Origin: Synergistaceae bacterium
GTDB taxonomy: Bacteria; Synergistota; Synergistia; Synergistales; Synergistaceae
Assembly (NCBI GenBank): GCA_050175815.1
Contig: JBFXIQ010000002.1
Coordinates: 1,025 to 65,024 of the forward strand
DNA: 64,000 nucleotides
Direction: 5' to 3'
Both the position numbers and the translations under genes were made by a program. Shown here one piece after another: positions 19,079 to 28,533 of the stretch. Every line of letters begins with the position of its first letter. The first letter of the stretch is position 1. The notes below the pieces were generated by a model, which saw only the letters and a list, made by a program, of their open reading frames with translations, did not search any database and was not told the origin of the DNA.

Positions 19079-20983
19079 ATGGGGTTCTCAGAACATAGGC
19101 TTTATTATGCGAAAAAAGATAACGACCGCAGGGAACTCATTTTTTTTCTACTTTTGTTCGCCGTTATTTTCATCAAGTTTTACTTCCTTGAATATAAAAT
19201 ATCTACGCAGGTAACAAGATATCCTGTCTCTGCTGCTTCGTCTGCAGGAATAGTCCTCTGTATCATTGTTGCGGTCTCTCTCTTCCGGAGGAAGGTTAGG
19301 GCCTTTTCTGCTCTTACTGTCGATTTTCTGATCTCACTGCTTGCGGTAACAGATCTGCTGCACCTGCGTTATTACTCGGACATGTTCACCTTCATGAATA
19401 TCGGCCTTTCCGCACAGGTGGGAGAGATCGCAGATTCTGTGGTCGCTCTAATACACCCCTCTGACTTTCTTTATTTTGCTGATATTCCGCTATTGCTCTT
19501 TTTTGTATATATCTCGCGAAAATTCAGATCAGTTCCCTTCTTTAAAAAAGTTGGCGTAAAGCGCTTTCTTGTCTCGCTGCTGCTCATCACTGTCGGAGTG
19601 CTGCCGGTGATTTACAGGTTCTGGTCTTACGAGAAAAAAGTGCCCGGAGTATTGAGTTCTATGTGGGACAGACCGGCTGTATGCAATAATATCGGAGCGC
19701 TGACATACCATCTTGCCGACGCTAAAAACGCGGCAGGCCATTTCCTTTTCAAAAAGAAGATCTCTGATGAACACATATCCGAAGTAAAACATTTTTTTGA
19801 TGAAAAGAATAACAACAAAGAGCCCGGCTATTTATCGGGTGTTGCTAAAGGCAAAAATCTAATCATTATCCAGGTCGAATCACTGCAGCAATTTGTAGTA
19901 GGTCTGAGGATCAACGGAACAGAAGTGACTCCCAACCTCAACAGATTCATTAAGGGATCTGCTTATTTCAGCGGCATATACAGCCAGACTGCCTCCGGAA
20001 ACAGTTCTGACGCTGAATTCATAGTCAATACTGGGCTCTACCCTTCTGCGTCCGGAGTGGCATACACCAGGTTCGCAGGAAACAGTTATGAGGCACTTCC
20101 CAAGGTGTTGGCTGACAGTGGGTATGTCTCGCTGGCGCTTCACGGGGACAGGCCGGGATTCTGGAACAGGCACAGAATGTATCCTTCTATGGGATTCAGC
20201 CGTTTTATAAGTAAAAAGGACTTTGTGGTTGATGAAAACATCGGAATGGGACTAAGCGATGCAAGCTTCTTCAGACAGAGCACCGGTATACTTGAAAATA
20301 CACAAAAACCTTTTTACGCTTTCCTGATAACCCTGACGAGCCACTACCCCTATAACTTCGACGAGATTTTTAAAGAAACCGAACTTGACACGTCACCGTT
20401 TGAGGGCACACTGATGGGAAATTATCTTACGTCGATGAAGTATTTTGATGACAAGTTCGGAAGTTTTATTGAAGGACTAAGAAAAAATGGACTTTTGGAC
20501 AGCTCTGTTATAGCATTGTACGGGGATCACACGGCTATTCCCGGCTGGGACAAATCGAGCCTTGAAAAACTCATAGGCAGAAACCTTAAAAATGACTGGG
20601 AATGGAAATATGTGCAGCGTATACCTCTTGTGATAAAGATCCCTGGCATTGAGATCCCGTTGGAAGAGAACGAGGAAGCCGCAGGCCTTATCGATCTGCC
20701 TGAGACTTTTGCAGATCTTATGGGGTTTGATTTCAGGACAGGGTTCGGGACGAACCTTTTTCAAAAAAACAGAAACGAACCGGTAATATTCAGGAACGGT
20801 TCATTTATAATTGACAACGTCTTTATTGAACCCTCGTCAGAAAGCGCAAGAGAAATGCCCGGAGGCAAGGTCCTTGATTACGATAAATATGCTCCGATGG
20901 CCGAAGAAGTTAAAAAGCGACTCAGGTATAATGATATGATACTTGAAAATGACCTGGTACCTGTGCTTGTGAAGGAAGATTAA
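19079..20983 (+). CDS. LtaS-like polytopic alkaline-phosphatase-superfamily transferase, paralogue 1
   Basis: Five N-terminal TM segments plus a sulfatase-type domain (IIIQVESLQ, NGTEVTPNLN, GNSSDAEF, LTSHYPY, LYGDHTA). Confidence 0.85.
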   Translation: MGFSEHRLYYAKKDNDRRELIFFLLLFAVIFIKFYFLEYKISTQVTRYPVSAASSAGIVLCIIVAVSLFRRKVRAFSALTVDFLISLLAVTDLLHLRYYSDMFTFMNIGLSAQVGEIADSVVALIHPSDFLYFADIPLLLFFVYISRKFRSVPFFKKVGVKRFLVSLLLITVGVLPVIYRFWSYEKKVPGVLSSMWDRPAVCNNIGALTYHLADAKNAAGHFLFKKKISDEHISEVKHFFDEKNNNKEPGYLSGVAKGKNLIIIQVESLQQFVVGLRINGTEVTPNLNRFIKGSAYFSGIYSQTASGNSSDAEFIVNTGLYPSASGVAYTRFAGNSYEALPKVLADSGYVSLALHGDRPGFWNRHRMYPSMGFSRFISKKDFVVDENIGMGLSDASFFRQSTGILENTQKPFYAFLITLTSHYPYNFDEIFKETELDTSPFEGTLMGNYLTSMKYFDDKFGSFIEGLRKNGLLDSSVIALYGDHTAIPGWDKSSLEKLIGRNLKNDWEWKYVQRIPLVIKIPGIEIPLEENEEAAGLIDLPETFADLMGFDFRTGFGTNLFQKNRNEPVIFRNGSFIIDNVFIEPSSESAREMPGGKVLDYDKYAPMAEEVKKRLRYNDMILENDLVPVLVKED

Positions 20984-20987
20984 AAAA

Positions 20988-22901
20988 ATGCGGATCCTGC
21001 CGGTCAAAGAAATGGAATGTCAAGAAAAAGAACTTAGGGTCTTGATCCTTCTGACAATTCTGTTATGGATCAAATTTTTCGTTGTCGATTACTTGATAGC
21101 GGATGTACTTAACTGGCCCTCTTTCGGTACTATGAAGATCCACCCCATAAGGCACACTATCAGGGCACTCGCCGTTGCTGTTCCTTCACTTGGAGCGATC
21201 CTTTCTGTGATCATACCTGTTTCCCTGGTCCCCTCTAAATACAGGGGAAGAGCCTTGCTTATCATAGGCGTGCTTTTTTCGATCCTTGTACTCACAGATG
21301 TTCTCTTTATCAGATATTACTCAGATATATTCATATTCCACGACGTGCTCCTCCTCCCACAGACAGGGCTGATAGCCAAATCCATATGGTCGCTGCTCAA
21401 ACCGTGGGATATTCTTCTTTTCGCAGACATCCCAATAATGATCTGGCTTCTGAAGAAAGAACGCATCGCACTGTGTTTCTCAGAGATAACAGCCAAAAGG
21501 ATGGGGATATCGCTGCTCATTCTTCTATTTGCGGTCTTTGTGCAGATAGTCGCAGGATACAGGCTGAGGGAGCAGAGACCAAACATAATGAGCGCCATGT
21601 ATGACAGGCTTTCGGTCTGCGCCTGGGTCAGCGCAGCATCCTTCCACTGGGGGGATGTGATCTCCCTGACGCTCAAAGCATTTGAACCGGATCACGTTCC
21701 GCAGCAGAAGATCGATGAACTGCGCGGATGGTTCAACAGAAGGATCAAGAATAATTATGCTTCTCCTGCCGGGGGCAAAAACCTGATAATGATACAATGC
21801 GAGGCCCTGCAGCAATTCATAGTGGGAATGAAGATCAACGGAACAGAAGTTACTCCCAATTTGAACCGGTTCGCCGAGAACTCCTTCTATTTTCCAAATG
21901 CCTGGGATCAGACAGCGGGTGGTCTCAGCAGCGATTCGGAGTTCATGGCCAACACGGGTTTTTTCCCCTCTGCATCGGGGGCCGCATACACCAGGTTTGC
22001 GAACAACAGTTATAATTCTTTGGCTAAAGCACTAAAGAAAAAGGGCTACAGGACTTTTGTTGTCCAGGGTACCTACAGCTCGTTCTGGAATTGCCACAGG
22101 ATGCACCCCAAGCTCTATTTTGACAGGCAGTACAGCCGCAATACCTTCCCAAAAGCAGAGGTCATAGGACTGGGACTTAGCGACAGGGCGATATTCACTG
22201 AGGCCCTGAATGTTTTCAAAAAGACAAAAGGTCCTTTTTATGGTTTTATTGTGACGCTAAGCGGACACCATCCCTATAACTTTGAAGGTCTTGACGACGG
22301 GTCATTCCCGCTTCCGGAAGAGATGAGGAAGACGCTCCTGGGAGATTACATGATAGCGATGAACTACTTTGACCGCGAACTGGGCAGATTCCTGGAGGGG
22401 CTGAAGGACTCGGGACTGGATCAGAAAAGCCTCATCGTACTGTATGGTGACCACCCTGCGGTTCCGATAGCTTATAAGGAAGAGATGGAGAAGCTGACAG
22501 GAAAGAAGATAGAAGAGTCGATAGAATGGAAAGAGACAAGGAGGGTGCCGTTAATATTTCACGTCCCGGGTGCGAAGTCAAAAAAAGGCACCATATTTAC
22601 AGACACGGGACAGATGGATATAATGCCGACGGCGGCAGGACTGCTTGGTGTAAAGATAGGTACATACTTCGGGAAAGACCTCTCTCTTGACAACGGCCCA
22701 TCCCCTGTAATTTTCCGTAACGGTTCTTATATCATTGACGGAGTCTTTGTGGAGCCTGCGGTAAAAAGGGCTACCAGGACTGTTACTCATGAATCATTAG
22801 ATGCTTCGGAATATGATGAAATTACTAAAGAAGTAGATCTCATGCTGAGCTATAATGATATTATTCTCGAAAAAAATCTTATAAATGATATTATCGATTA
22901 A
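20988..22901 (+). CDS. LtaS-like polytopic alkaline-phosphatase-superfamily transferase, paralogue 2
   Basis: Same architecture and motifs as paralogue 1 (IMIQCEALQ, NGTEVTPNLN, GLSSDSEF, LSGHHPY, LYGDHPA). Starts 5 nt after paralogue 1. Confidence 0.85.
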   Translation: MRILPVKEMECQEKELRVLILLTILLWIKFFVVDYLIADVLNWPSFGTMKIHPIRHTIRALAVAVPSLGAILSVIIPVSLVPSKYRGRALLIIGVLFSILVLTDVLFIRYYSDIFIFHDVLLLPQTGLIAKSIWSLLKPWDILLFADIPIMIWLLKKERIALCFSEITAKRMGISLLILLFAVFVQIVAGYRLREQRPNIMSAMYDRLSVCAWVSAASFHWGDVISLTLKAFEPDHVPQQKIDELRGWFNRRIKNNYASPAGGKNLIMIQCEALQQFIVGMKINGTEVTPNLNRFAENSFYFPNAWDQTAGGLSSDSEFMANTGFFPSASGAAYTRFANNSYNSLAKALKKKGYRTFVVQGTYSSFWNCHRMHPKLYFDRQYSRNTFPKAEVIGLGLSDRAIFTEALNVFKKTKGPFYGFIVTLSGHHPYNFEGLDDGSFPLPEEMRKTLLGDYMIAMNYFDRELGRFLEGLKDSGLDQKSLIVLYGDHPAVPIAYKEEMEKLTGKKIEESIEWKETRRVPLIFHVPGAKSKKGTIFTDTGQMDIMPTAAGLLGVKIGTYFGKDLSLDNGPSPVIFRNGSYIIDGVFVEPAVKRATRTVTHESLDASEYDEITKEVDLMLSYNDIILEKNLINDIID

Positions 22902-22986
22902 CGGGTAAGCATTTAAAGCCTTCACCAAAGACTATAAATTTTTTGAAGGTCTTTTTTTGTGCTCTTTTGCAGGAGGAATGAAATAA

Positions 22987-24306
22987 ATGGAAGGTTCGCA
23001 GGAATTAGTTTACTGGTTTATATGGTGGGGATGGTGGATACTGCAGTTTGTCCTATACTCACTGCTTGCCCTCCTCATGTGCGACGGAGTCTACCAGATA
23101 ATCGTAAGCATAAGGGGATTCTGGAACCAGCAAGAGATGCCGCGGGCAAAACGTTACCGCAGGTTTGTAGTGCTTATCCCTGCACATAACGAAGCCCAGG
23201 TCATATCCCCACTCCTGAAAAGCCTGGCTGAGCAGAACTATCCTAAAAACTGCTATACAGTATATGTGTCGTGCGACAACTGCCGGGACAACACTGCAGA
23301 ACTTGCCCGCGCAAGCGGTGCCGTGGCCCTGGAGCGTTTTGACAAAGAGCGAAACGGCAAGACATGGAATGTAAGGTGGGCACTGGGACAGCTGCCAATG
23401 GACAAAGCTGATGCACTTGCTATGTTCGATGCGGACAACCTTGTAGATGTCAACTTCCTGATGAATATGAACAACTATATGGAGCTGCACCCTGAGGCTG
23501 AGGCTATACAGGGTGTGCTGGATGTCAAAAATCCCGACGATAACTGGCTGACAAGATCTTATGCGCTTGCTTACTGGTTTTCAAACAGGTTCTGGCAGCT
23601 TGCCAGGGGGCTCTGGGGACTTTCATGCACCCTGGGCGGGACAGGCCTCGTTATCAGGGCTGCGACCCTTGAAAGGATCGGATGGAACCTCGAAAGTCTG
23701 ACAGAGGATCTGGAGATGTCCACAAGGTTAATCTTATCGGGGAGCAGGGTGCACTGGAACGACGCAGCCGTAATTTATGATGAAAAACCACAGAGTATGG
23801 CTATTTCAAAGCGTCAGCGAACGAGATGGATGCAGGGCCATTACTGGGTGTTCTGGCATTACGGGAGAGATGCACTGAAGTCTTTCTTTGTAACGAGGAA
23901 GCTTCAGTACCTTGATCTCTTCCTCTATCTGCTTGCCCCGGCTAAATCATGTCTGGGAATAATAATAATGATAGCGGGTATGGCATATACTCTTATAAAC
24001 AATATGGTCCTTTTTCCAACCGTGTCCGACAGCACTCCTCAGACGATGATCGACTGGGTGCTCTTTTTCGGACTTCCGATATTTTTCATCATCGCCTTCT
24101 GCCTGATATGCGTGATAGTAGGTCCTTCAATGCACGAGAAAAAATTTACGCTGAGGTATGTGAAGGATACCTTTGCATATTTTTGGTTCGGGCTTACATG
24201 GATACCGATAATTTTCAAGGCCGCCTTCCTGGCAAAAGATCAGGGGACCTGGGTAAAGACAGAACATACCAGAGGGATCTCCCTGGAAGATGTAGCAAAG
24301 AAATAG
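22987..24306 (+). CDS. membrane-embedded processive family-2 glycosyltransferase (PgaC/IcaA/NodC/BcsA-like)
   Basis: N-terminal TM, GT2 core with VLIPAHNE, FDADN (DxD), LTEDLE, and the Q(R)xRW motif (KRQRTRWMQG), followed by 3-4 C-terminal TMs. Confidence 0.85.
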   Translation: MEGSQELVYWFIWWGWWILQFVLYSLLALLMCDGVYQIIVSIRGFWNQQEMPRAKRYRRFVVLIPAHNEAQVISPLLKSLAEQNYPKNCYTVYVSCDNCRDNTAELARASGAVALERFDKERNGKTWNVRWALGQLPMDKADALAMFDADNLVDVNFLMNMNNYMELHPEAEAIQGVLDVKNPDDNWLTRSYALAYWFSNRFWQLARGLWGLSCTLGGTGLVIRAATLERIGWNLESLTEDLEMSTRLILSGSRVHWNDAAVIYDEKPQSMAISKRQRTRWMQGHYWVFWHYGRDALKSFFVTRKLQYLDLFLYLLAPAKSCLGIIIMIAGMAYTLINNMVLFPTVSDSTPQTMIDWVLFFGLPIFFIIAFCLICVIVGPSMHEKKFTLRYVKDTFAYFWFGLTWIPIIFKAAFLAKDQGTWVKTEHTRGISLEDVAKK

Positions 24307-24366
24307 ACGATGAAGGATACAAAAAATGTTTAGGGGGACGCCAAGATAAGGACACAGTTCGAACTA

Positions 24367-25632
24367 TTGACAGTCAGACGATTCCTCCCGCTATTCCTTA
24401 CACAGTTTTTCGGGGCATTCAACGACAATCTGTTCAAGAATGCCCTTGTCATACTGATCACATTCAGGCTTGCAGATGAATACGGACTGAACGCACAGTT
24501 GCTCATAACCTCCATCGCGGGTCTCTTCATACTTCCTTTTTTCCTTTTCTCTTCGACAGCCGGACAACTTGCTGACAAGTATGAAAAGTCCTTCCTTATA
24601 AGGATCATCAAATTTGTTGAGATAGTCCTGATGGTGCTCACCGCGGCTGCCTTTACCTTTTTGAACCTTTGGGGACTGATAATACTCCTCTTTTTTATGG
24701 GAGCCCAGTCGGCCTTTTTCGGACCGCTGAAATTCAGCATACTTCCCCAGCACCTGAATGAAAACGAACTTGTTGCAGGCAACGGACTTGTAAGCGCAGG
24801 CACATACATAGCGATCCTCTCTGGGACTCTATGCGGAGGCCTGTTCATTCTTCATCCTGCAGGAAGGGCGCTTATTTCAGCCGGAGTTGTCGGAGTGGCG
24901 ACCCTGGGTTTTATCGCGAGCCTTTTTATACCCAAGGCAGAACCTTCCGTTCCCGGAATGAAGATAGACTGGAATCCCATCAGATCAACGATGGACATAA
25001 TCTCCTATGTGAGGCCGAACGTGATAGTTTTCAGGTCGATCCTGGGCATCAGCTGGTTCTGGTTTTTGGGTTCAGTCTTTCTCTCGCAGTTCCCAACCTT
25101 TTCAAAGGACATATTGGGAGGGAATGAGGAAGTTTCAACACTTTTTCTTGTTGTATTCTCAGTAGGTGTAGGTCTTGGTTCGACCCTTTGCAACAGGCTC
25201 CTTAAAGGAAAGATCTCTGCCAGGCTGGTCCCCTTCGGATGCATAGGCATGACGGCTGCCACTCTTCTGCTCTATTTTTTCAGCCTGACAGTACCAAATA
25301 CAGGGGAGCTTGCGGGTGTAATGGAGTTCATATCAGAACAGGGTTCCTGGGGAGTGATATTTTCTTTCCTCATGCTTGCAGCTTCGGGAGGCATCTTCAG
25401 CGTTCCCATGTATGCTCTGATGCAGTCCAGGAGCTCTGACGAGCACAGGGCAAGGGTCGTCGCCTGCCTCAACATAACAGATTCTTTCGGGATGGTGCTT
25501 TCTGCTGTTTTTGTAGCTTTGATGCTGATGTTTAAGGTCTCTATAATAAATATTTTCCTTATGATCGGTATTGTCAATCTCTTGATAACACCTCTACTGA
25601 GCAGACTGGCGAGGGATGAAGATGGTCAATGA
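24367..25632 (+). CDS. MFS transporter, lysophospholipid-transporter (LplT)-like
   Basis: The N-terminal FLTQFFGAFNDNLFKNAL string resembles LplT and the N-terminal modules of Aas-LplT fusions. 12-TM pattern. Confidence 0.65.
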   Translation: MTVRRFLPLFLTQFFGAFNDNLFKNALVILITFRLADEYGLNAQLLITSIAGLFILPFFLFSSTAGQLADKYEKSFLIRIIKFVEIVLMVLTAAAFTFLNLWGLIILLFFMGAQSAFFGPLKFSILPQHLNENELVAGNGLVSAGTYIAILSGTLCGGLFILHPAGRALISAGVVGVATLGFIASLFIPKAEPSVPGMKIDWNPIRSTMDIISYVRPNVIVFRSILGISWFWFLGSVFLSQFPTFSKDILGGNEEVSTLFLVVFSVGVGLGSTLCNRLLKGKISARLVPFGCIGMTAATLLLYFFSLTVPNTGELAGVMEFISEQGSWGVIFSFLMLAASGGIFSVPMYALMQSRSSDEHRARVVACLNITDSFGMVLSAVFVALMLMFKVSIINIFLMIGIVNLLITPLLSRLARDEDGQ

Positions 25633-26269
25633 TCTTGAAACACGGAAAGAAATTATCAGGACGGGTATACTCCTGTCAGAAAAGGGCCTGATACAGGGCA
25701 CAGGAGGCAACATAAGCTGCCGTACAGAAAAAGGTATTCTCATAACACCGAGCGGGATGTACTACAGTGCCCTGGTCCCGGAAGACCTGGTGCTTTTGGA
25801 CCGCGAAGGAAAAGTAGTTGAAGGCGCAAGAAAACCGTCCATAGAAAAAGAGATGCACATGAAGGTATACCAGTCGAGAAAAGACATAAACGCTGTGATA
25901 CACACGCATTCCGTATACGCCACGGCACTGGCAGCCGCCAGACAGCCCCTTTGCCCGATCACGGACAATCAGGTCGCTCTTTTTGGCGGGACTGTGCCTG
26001 TTGCAGACTATGCTCCGATAGGAACTGAAGAGCTTGCTCAAAGCGCTGCCCGATCTCTTGCAGGGGGAAGCGCAGTTCTTCTCTCAAACCATGGCGCCGT
26101 GTGTGTGGGTAAGGATCTGGGCGAAGCCCTGATAAGATGTGAAATGCTTGAGGTCTTTTCAAAAATATACATCCTTGCCAAAGCTGCGGGAGGTGGAGTA
26201 GTGCTATCTGACGAGCAGGTCAGATGCGAAGCGGATGACCTGAGGAAAAGATACGGGCAGAACAGATGA
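25616..26269 (+). CDS. class II aldolase/adducin-family protein (FucA/AraD/MtnB-like)
   Basis: GTGGNIS.R, PSG, KPS.E..MH..VY, AVIHTHS. Overlaps the preceding MFS gene by 17 nt. Confidence 0.85.
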   Translation: MKMVNDLETRKEIIRTGILLSEKGLIQGTGGNISCRTEKGILITPSGMYYSALVPEDLVLLDREGKVVEGARKPSIEKEMHMKVYQSRKDINAVIHTHSVYATALAAARQPLCPITDNQVALFGGTVPVADYAPIGTEELAQSAARSLAGGSAVLLSNHGAVCVGKDLGEALIRCEMLEVFSKIYILAKAAGGGVVLSDEQVRCEADDLRKRYGQNR

Positions 26270-26294
26270 TCTGATGCTGTGAGAGCACTCCCTG

Positions 26295-26324
26295 TTGCAG
26301 AAATCCTCTGCTCGGGGCTATAAT
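26295..26324 (+). promoter_or_regulatory. sigma70-type promoter of the thi salvage operon
   Basis: TTGCAG, 18-nt spacer, consensus TATAAT, about 20 nt upstream of the riboswitch. Confidence 0.6.
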
Positions 26325-26344
26325 ACTTGGACAATTGAATATTC

Positions 26345-26425
26345 GGGGAGCTTGTTTGGCAGGCTGAGAGGAAGTAATCGACTTCGACCCTGGACCTGAT
26401 TTGGATAATGCCAACGTAGGGAACG
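26345..26425 (+). promoter_or_regulatory. TPP (THI-box) riboswitch aptamer
   Basis: GGGGAGC...GGCTGAGAGG...ACCCTGGACCTGATTTGGATAATGCCAACGTAGGGAA matches the THI-box consensus almost base for base. Confidence 0.95.
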
Positions 26426-26444
26426 CACTAAATTGCAAAATTTA

Positions 26445-26482
26445 GCGGGAAACGCGGAGATGGCGTTTCCCGCTTTTTTTTT
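26445..26482 (+). terminator. riboswitch expression-platform terminator
   Basis: GCGGGAAACGC (26445-26455) pairs with GCGTTTCCCGC (26463-26473) and is followed by 9 T. Confidence 0.9.
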
Positions 26483-26500
26483 GGGGATGGGGGAAATGAT

Positions 26501-27691
26501 ATGGAAGATAAACAGGGAACCACAGTATTTGGAAGCGCGCTTATATGGTTTGGCGCGGCTGTATCCATTGCGGAGATATTGACGGGGAGCCTTATTGCAC
26601 CGCTGGGTTTTCCGAAAGGAGCCGCTGCGGTCGTGATAGGTCATATAATCGGCTGTATACCTCTTTATCTCGCAGGCCTCATAGGGGCAGAGACCGGTAA
26701 GAGTGCGATGGAGACTGTAAAAATTTCGTTCGGTCAAAAGGGTTCTGTCTTTTTTTCTGTGCTGAATGTGACCCAGCTCATCGGCTGGACAGCTGTGATG
26801 ATAATAGGCGGGGGCCGGGCAGTTGCAGTCATTGCAGAAAAGTACACAGGGGCATACAATTCTTCTCTCTGGTGTGTGGTGATAGGATTCCTGATAATAG
26901 TATGGATAAAAATAGGAATAAAAAACCTCGGAAAGATAAACACTTTTACTATGGCAGCCCTTTTTTCTCTTACAGTACTTCTCAGCTTTATAATATTCAA
27001 AGGAGACACTGCAACTGCGACTGCAGGCAGCATGAGTTTCGGGAGTGCAGTTGAGTTGTCCGCTGCGATGCCGCTTTCATGGCTGCCTCTGATCTCAGAT
27101 TACACTCATAACTCCTCAAACCCGCGCAAAACATCACTTGTAAGTGTGCTTGTGTATTTTGCGGGCAGCACATGGATGTACATGATAGGTCTGGGAGCCT
27201 CGATATTCACCGGAGAGAGCGATATCGCCAGGATCATGCTGAGTGCCGGCCTTGGAGTGGCCGCTGTATTCATTATTGTGATCTCGACAGTGACCACGAC
27301 CTTTCTGGATGTATATTCCGCAGGAGTGAGCTTCAGCAGCATAACGGACAAGGTAAGCAGCACGACTACTGCCCTTATTGCATGTATAGCCGGTACTGCC
27401 CTTGCAGTTTTTACTCCGATCGAACAGTATGAAAACTTTCTTTTTCTGATAGGGTCTGTTTTTGCCCCGATGATATCAATACTCATAACAGATTTCTTCA
27501 TCCTGAAGAAGGATCACTTCAGCGATAGCCTAAATATTTCCAACTTTATCCTTTGGATCGCGGGATTTGTTCTCTACAGGGGGTTCATGGAGATGGAGAC
27601 AGTTTTTGGAAACACATTGCCGGTAATGGCAGCAGTAATAGTACTTGCCGCTGCGGCAGGCAAAGCAAGAGAGCTTATTTCAAGAAGCTGA
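26501..27691 (+). CDS. cytX: hydroxymethylpyrimidine (HMP) permease, cytosine/purine permease family
   Basis: 12-TM NCS1-type permease. It sits immediately behind the TPP riboswitch and ahead of thiM-thiE-thiD, which is the classical cytX context. Confidence 0.8.
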   Translation: MEDKQGTTVFGSALIWFGAAVSIAEILTGSLIAPLGFPKGAAAVVIGHIIGCIPLYLAGLIGAETGKSAMETVKISFGQKGSVFFSVLNVTQLIGWTAVMIIGGGRAVAVIAEKYTGAYNSSLWCVVIGFLIIVWIKIGIKNLGKINTFTMAALFSLTVLLSFIIFKGDTATATAGSMSFGSAVELSAAMPLSWLPLISDYTHNSSNPRKTSLVSVLVYFAGSTWMYMIGLGASIFTGESDIARIMLSAGLGVAAVFIIVISTVTTTFLDVYSAGVSFSSITDKVSSTTTALIACIAGTALAVFTPIEQYENFLFLIGSVFAPMISILITDFFILKKDHFSDSLNISNFILWIAGFVLYRGFMEMETVFGNTLPVMAAVIVLAAAAGKARELISRS

Positions 27692-27711
27692 AAGCAGAAA
27701 GGAGAATATAT

Positions 27712-28533
27712 ATGTTTGCCGAAATTTTAAATAAAGTCAGGCTGGACTGCCCTCTTGTCCACTGCATAACCAACTATGTGACTGTAAATGACTGCGCCAA
27801 CGTACTGCTTGCCTGCGGAGCGTCCCCCGTGATGGCGGATGACGAGCGCGAGGCAGAAGAGATCGTATCGATCGCTTCCTCTCTTGTAATAAACATAGGC
27901 ACTCTTAACAGCAGGACGATCCCCTCCATGTTCAAAGCAGGCAGGAGGGCAAACGAACTTGGCCTTCCCGTGATACTGGATCCTGTGGGTGCGGGTGCAT
28001 CCTTACTGCGTACTGCAACCGCAATGGACCTGATGAGTGAAATAGATTTTGCCGTCATCAGGGGAAATATGTCCGAGATAACCGCCATAGCAGGAGGGGA
28101 GTCAAAGACACGCGGAGTTGACGCGTCAGACCCCGGACTTTTGGATGGGGAACTGCAGGCAGATGTTATTTCCCTGATCCTGAAGCTCAGAAAAAAGACA
28201 GGGGCTGTGATCACTGTAACCGGTCCAAATGATATAGTTGCCGGAGAAAAAGATCTCTACGTGATCAAAAACGGACATCCCATGATGTCAAGAGTCAGCG
28301 GTACAGGTTGCATGCTCTCTGCCATCACAGGCGCCTTTTGCGCGGTTGCCTCAGATATCGCTTTTGCTGCAGCTTCCGCAGCTGGAATGTTCGGAGTGGC
28401 GGGGGAGCTTGCTTTTGAACGTATTACCTTCGAAGGCGGAGGAACTTCTACCTACAGGTCATACATCATAGATGAGGTGAGCAACATGACCCCGGAAAAG
28501 ATGAAGGAGGCTGTAAAAATTGAGATTAGATAA
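27712..28533 (+). CDS. thiM: hydroxyethylthiazole kinase
   Basis: PLVHCITNYV..N..AN.LLA.GASP.M, ILDPVG, GTGC motifs. ATG 27712 follows GGAGAA. The upstream extension in the track overlaps cytX. Confidence 0.95.
   Translation: MFAEILNKVRLDCPLVHCITNYVTVNDCANVLLACGASPVMADDEREAEEIVSIASSLVINIGTLNSRTIPSMFKAGRRANELGLPVILDPVGAGASLLRTATAMDLMSEIDFAVIRGNMSEITAIAGGESKTRGVDASDPGLLDGELQADVISLILKLRKKTGAVITVTGPNDIVAGEKDLYVIKNGHPMMSRVSGTGCMLSAITGAFCAVASDIAFAAASAAGMFGVAGELAFERITFEGGGTSTYRSYIIDEVSNMTPEKMKEAVKIEIR

Noticed and set aside
27553-27711. N-terminal extension of the thiM ORF (track start 27553)
   Set aside because: The extension overlaps the 3' end of cytX in another frame. ThiM homology and a GGAGAA SD begin at ATG 27712.
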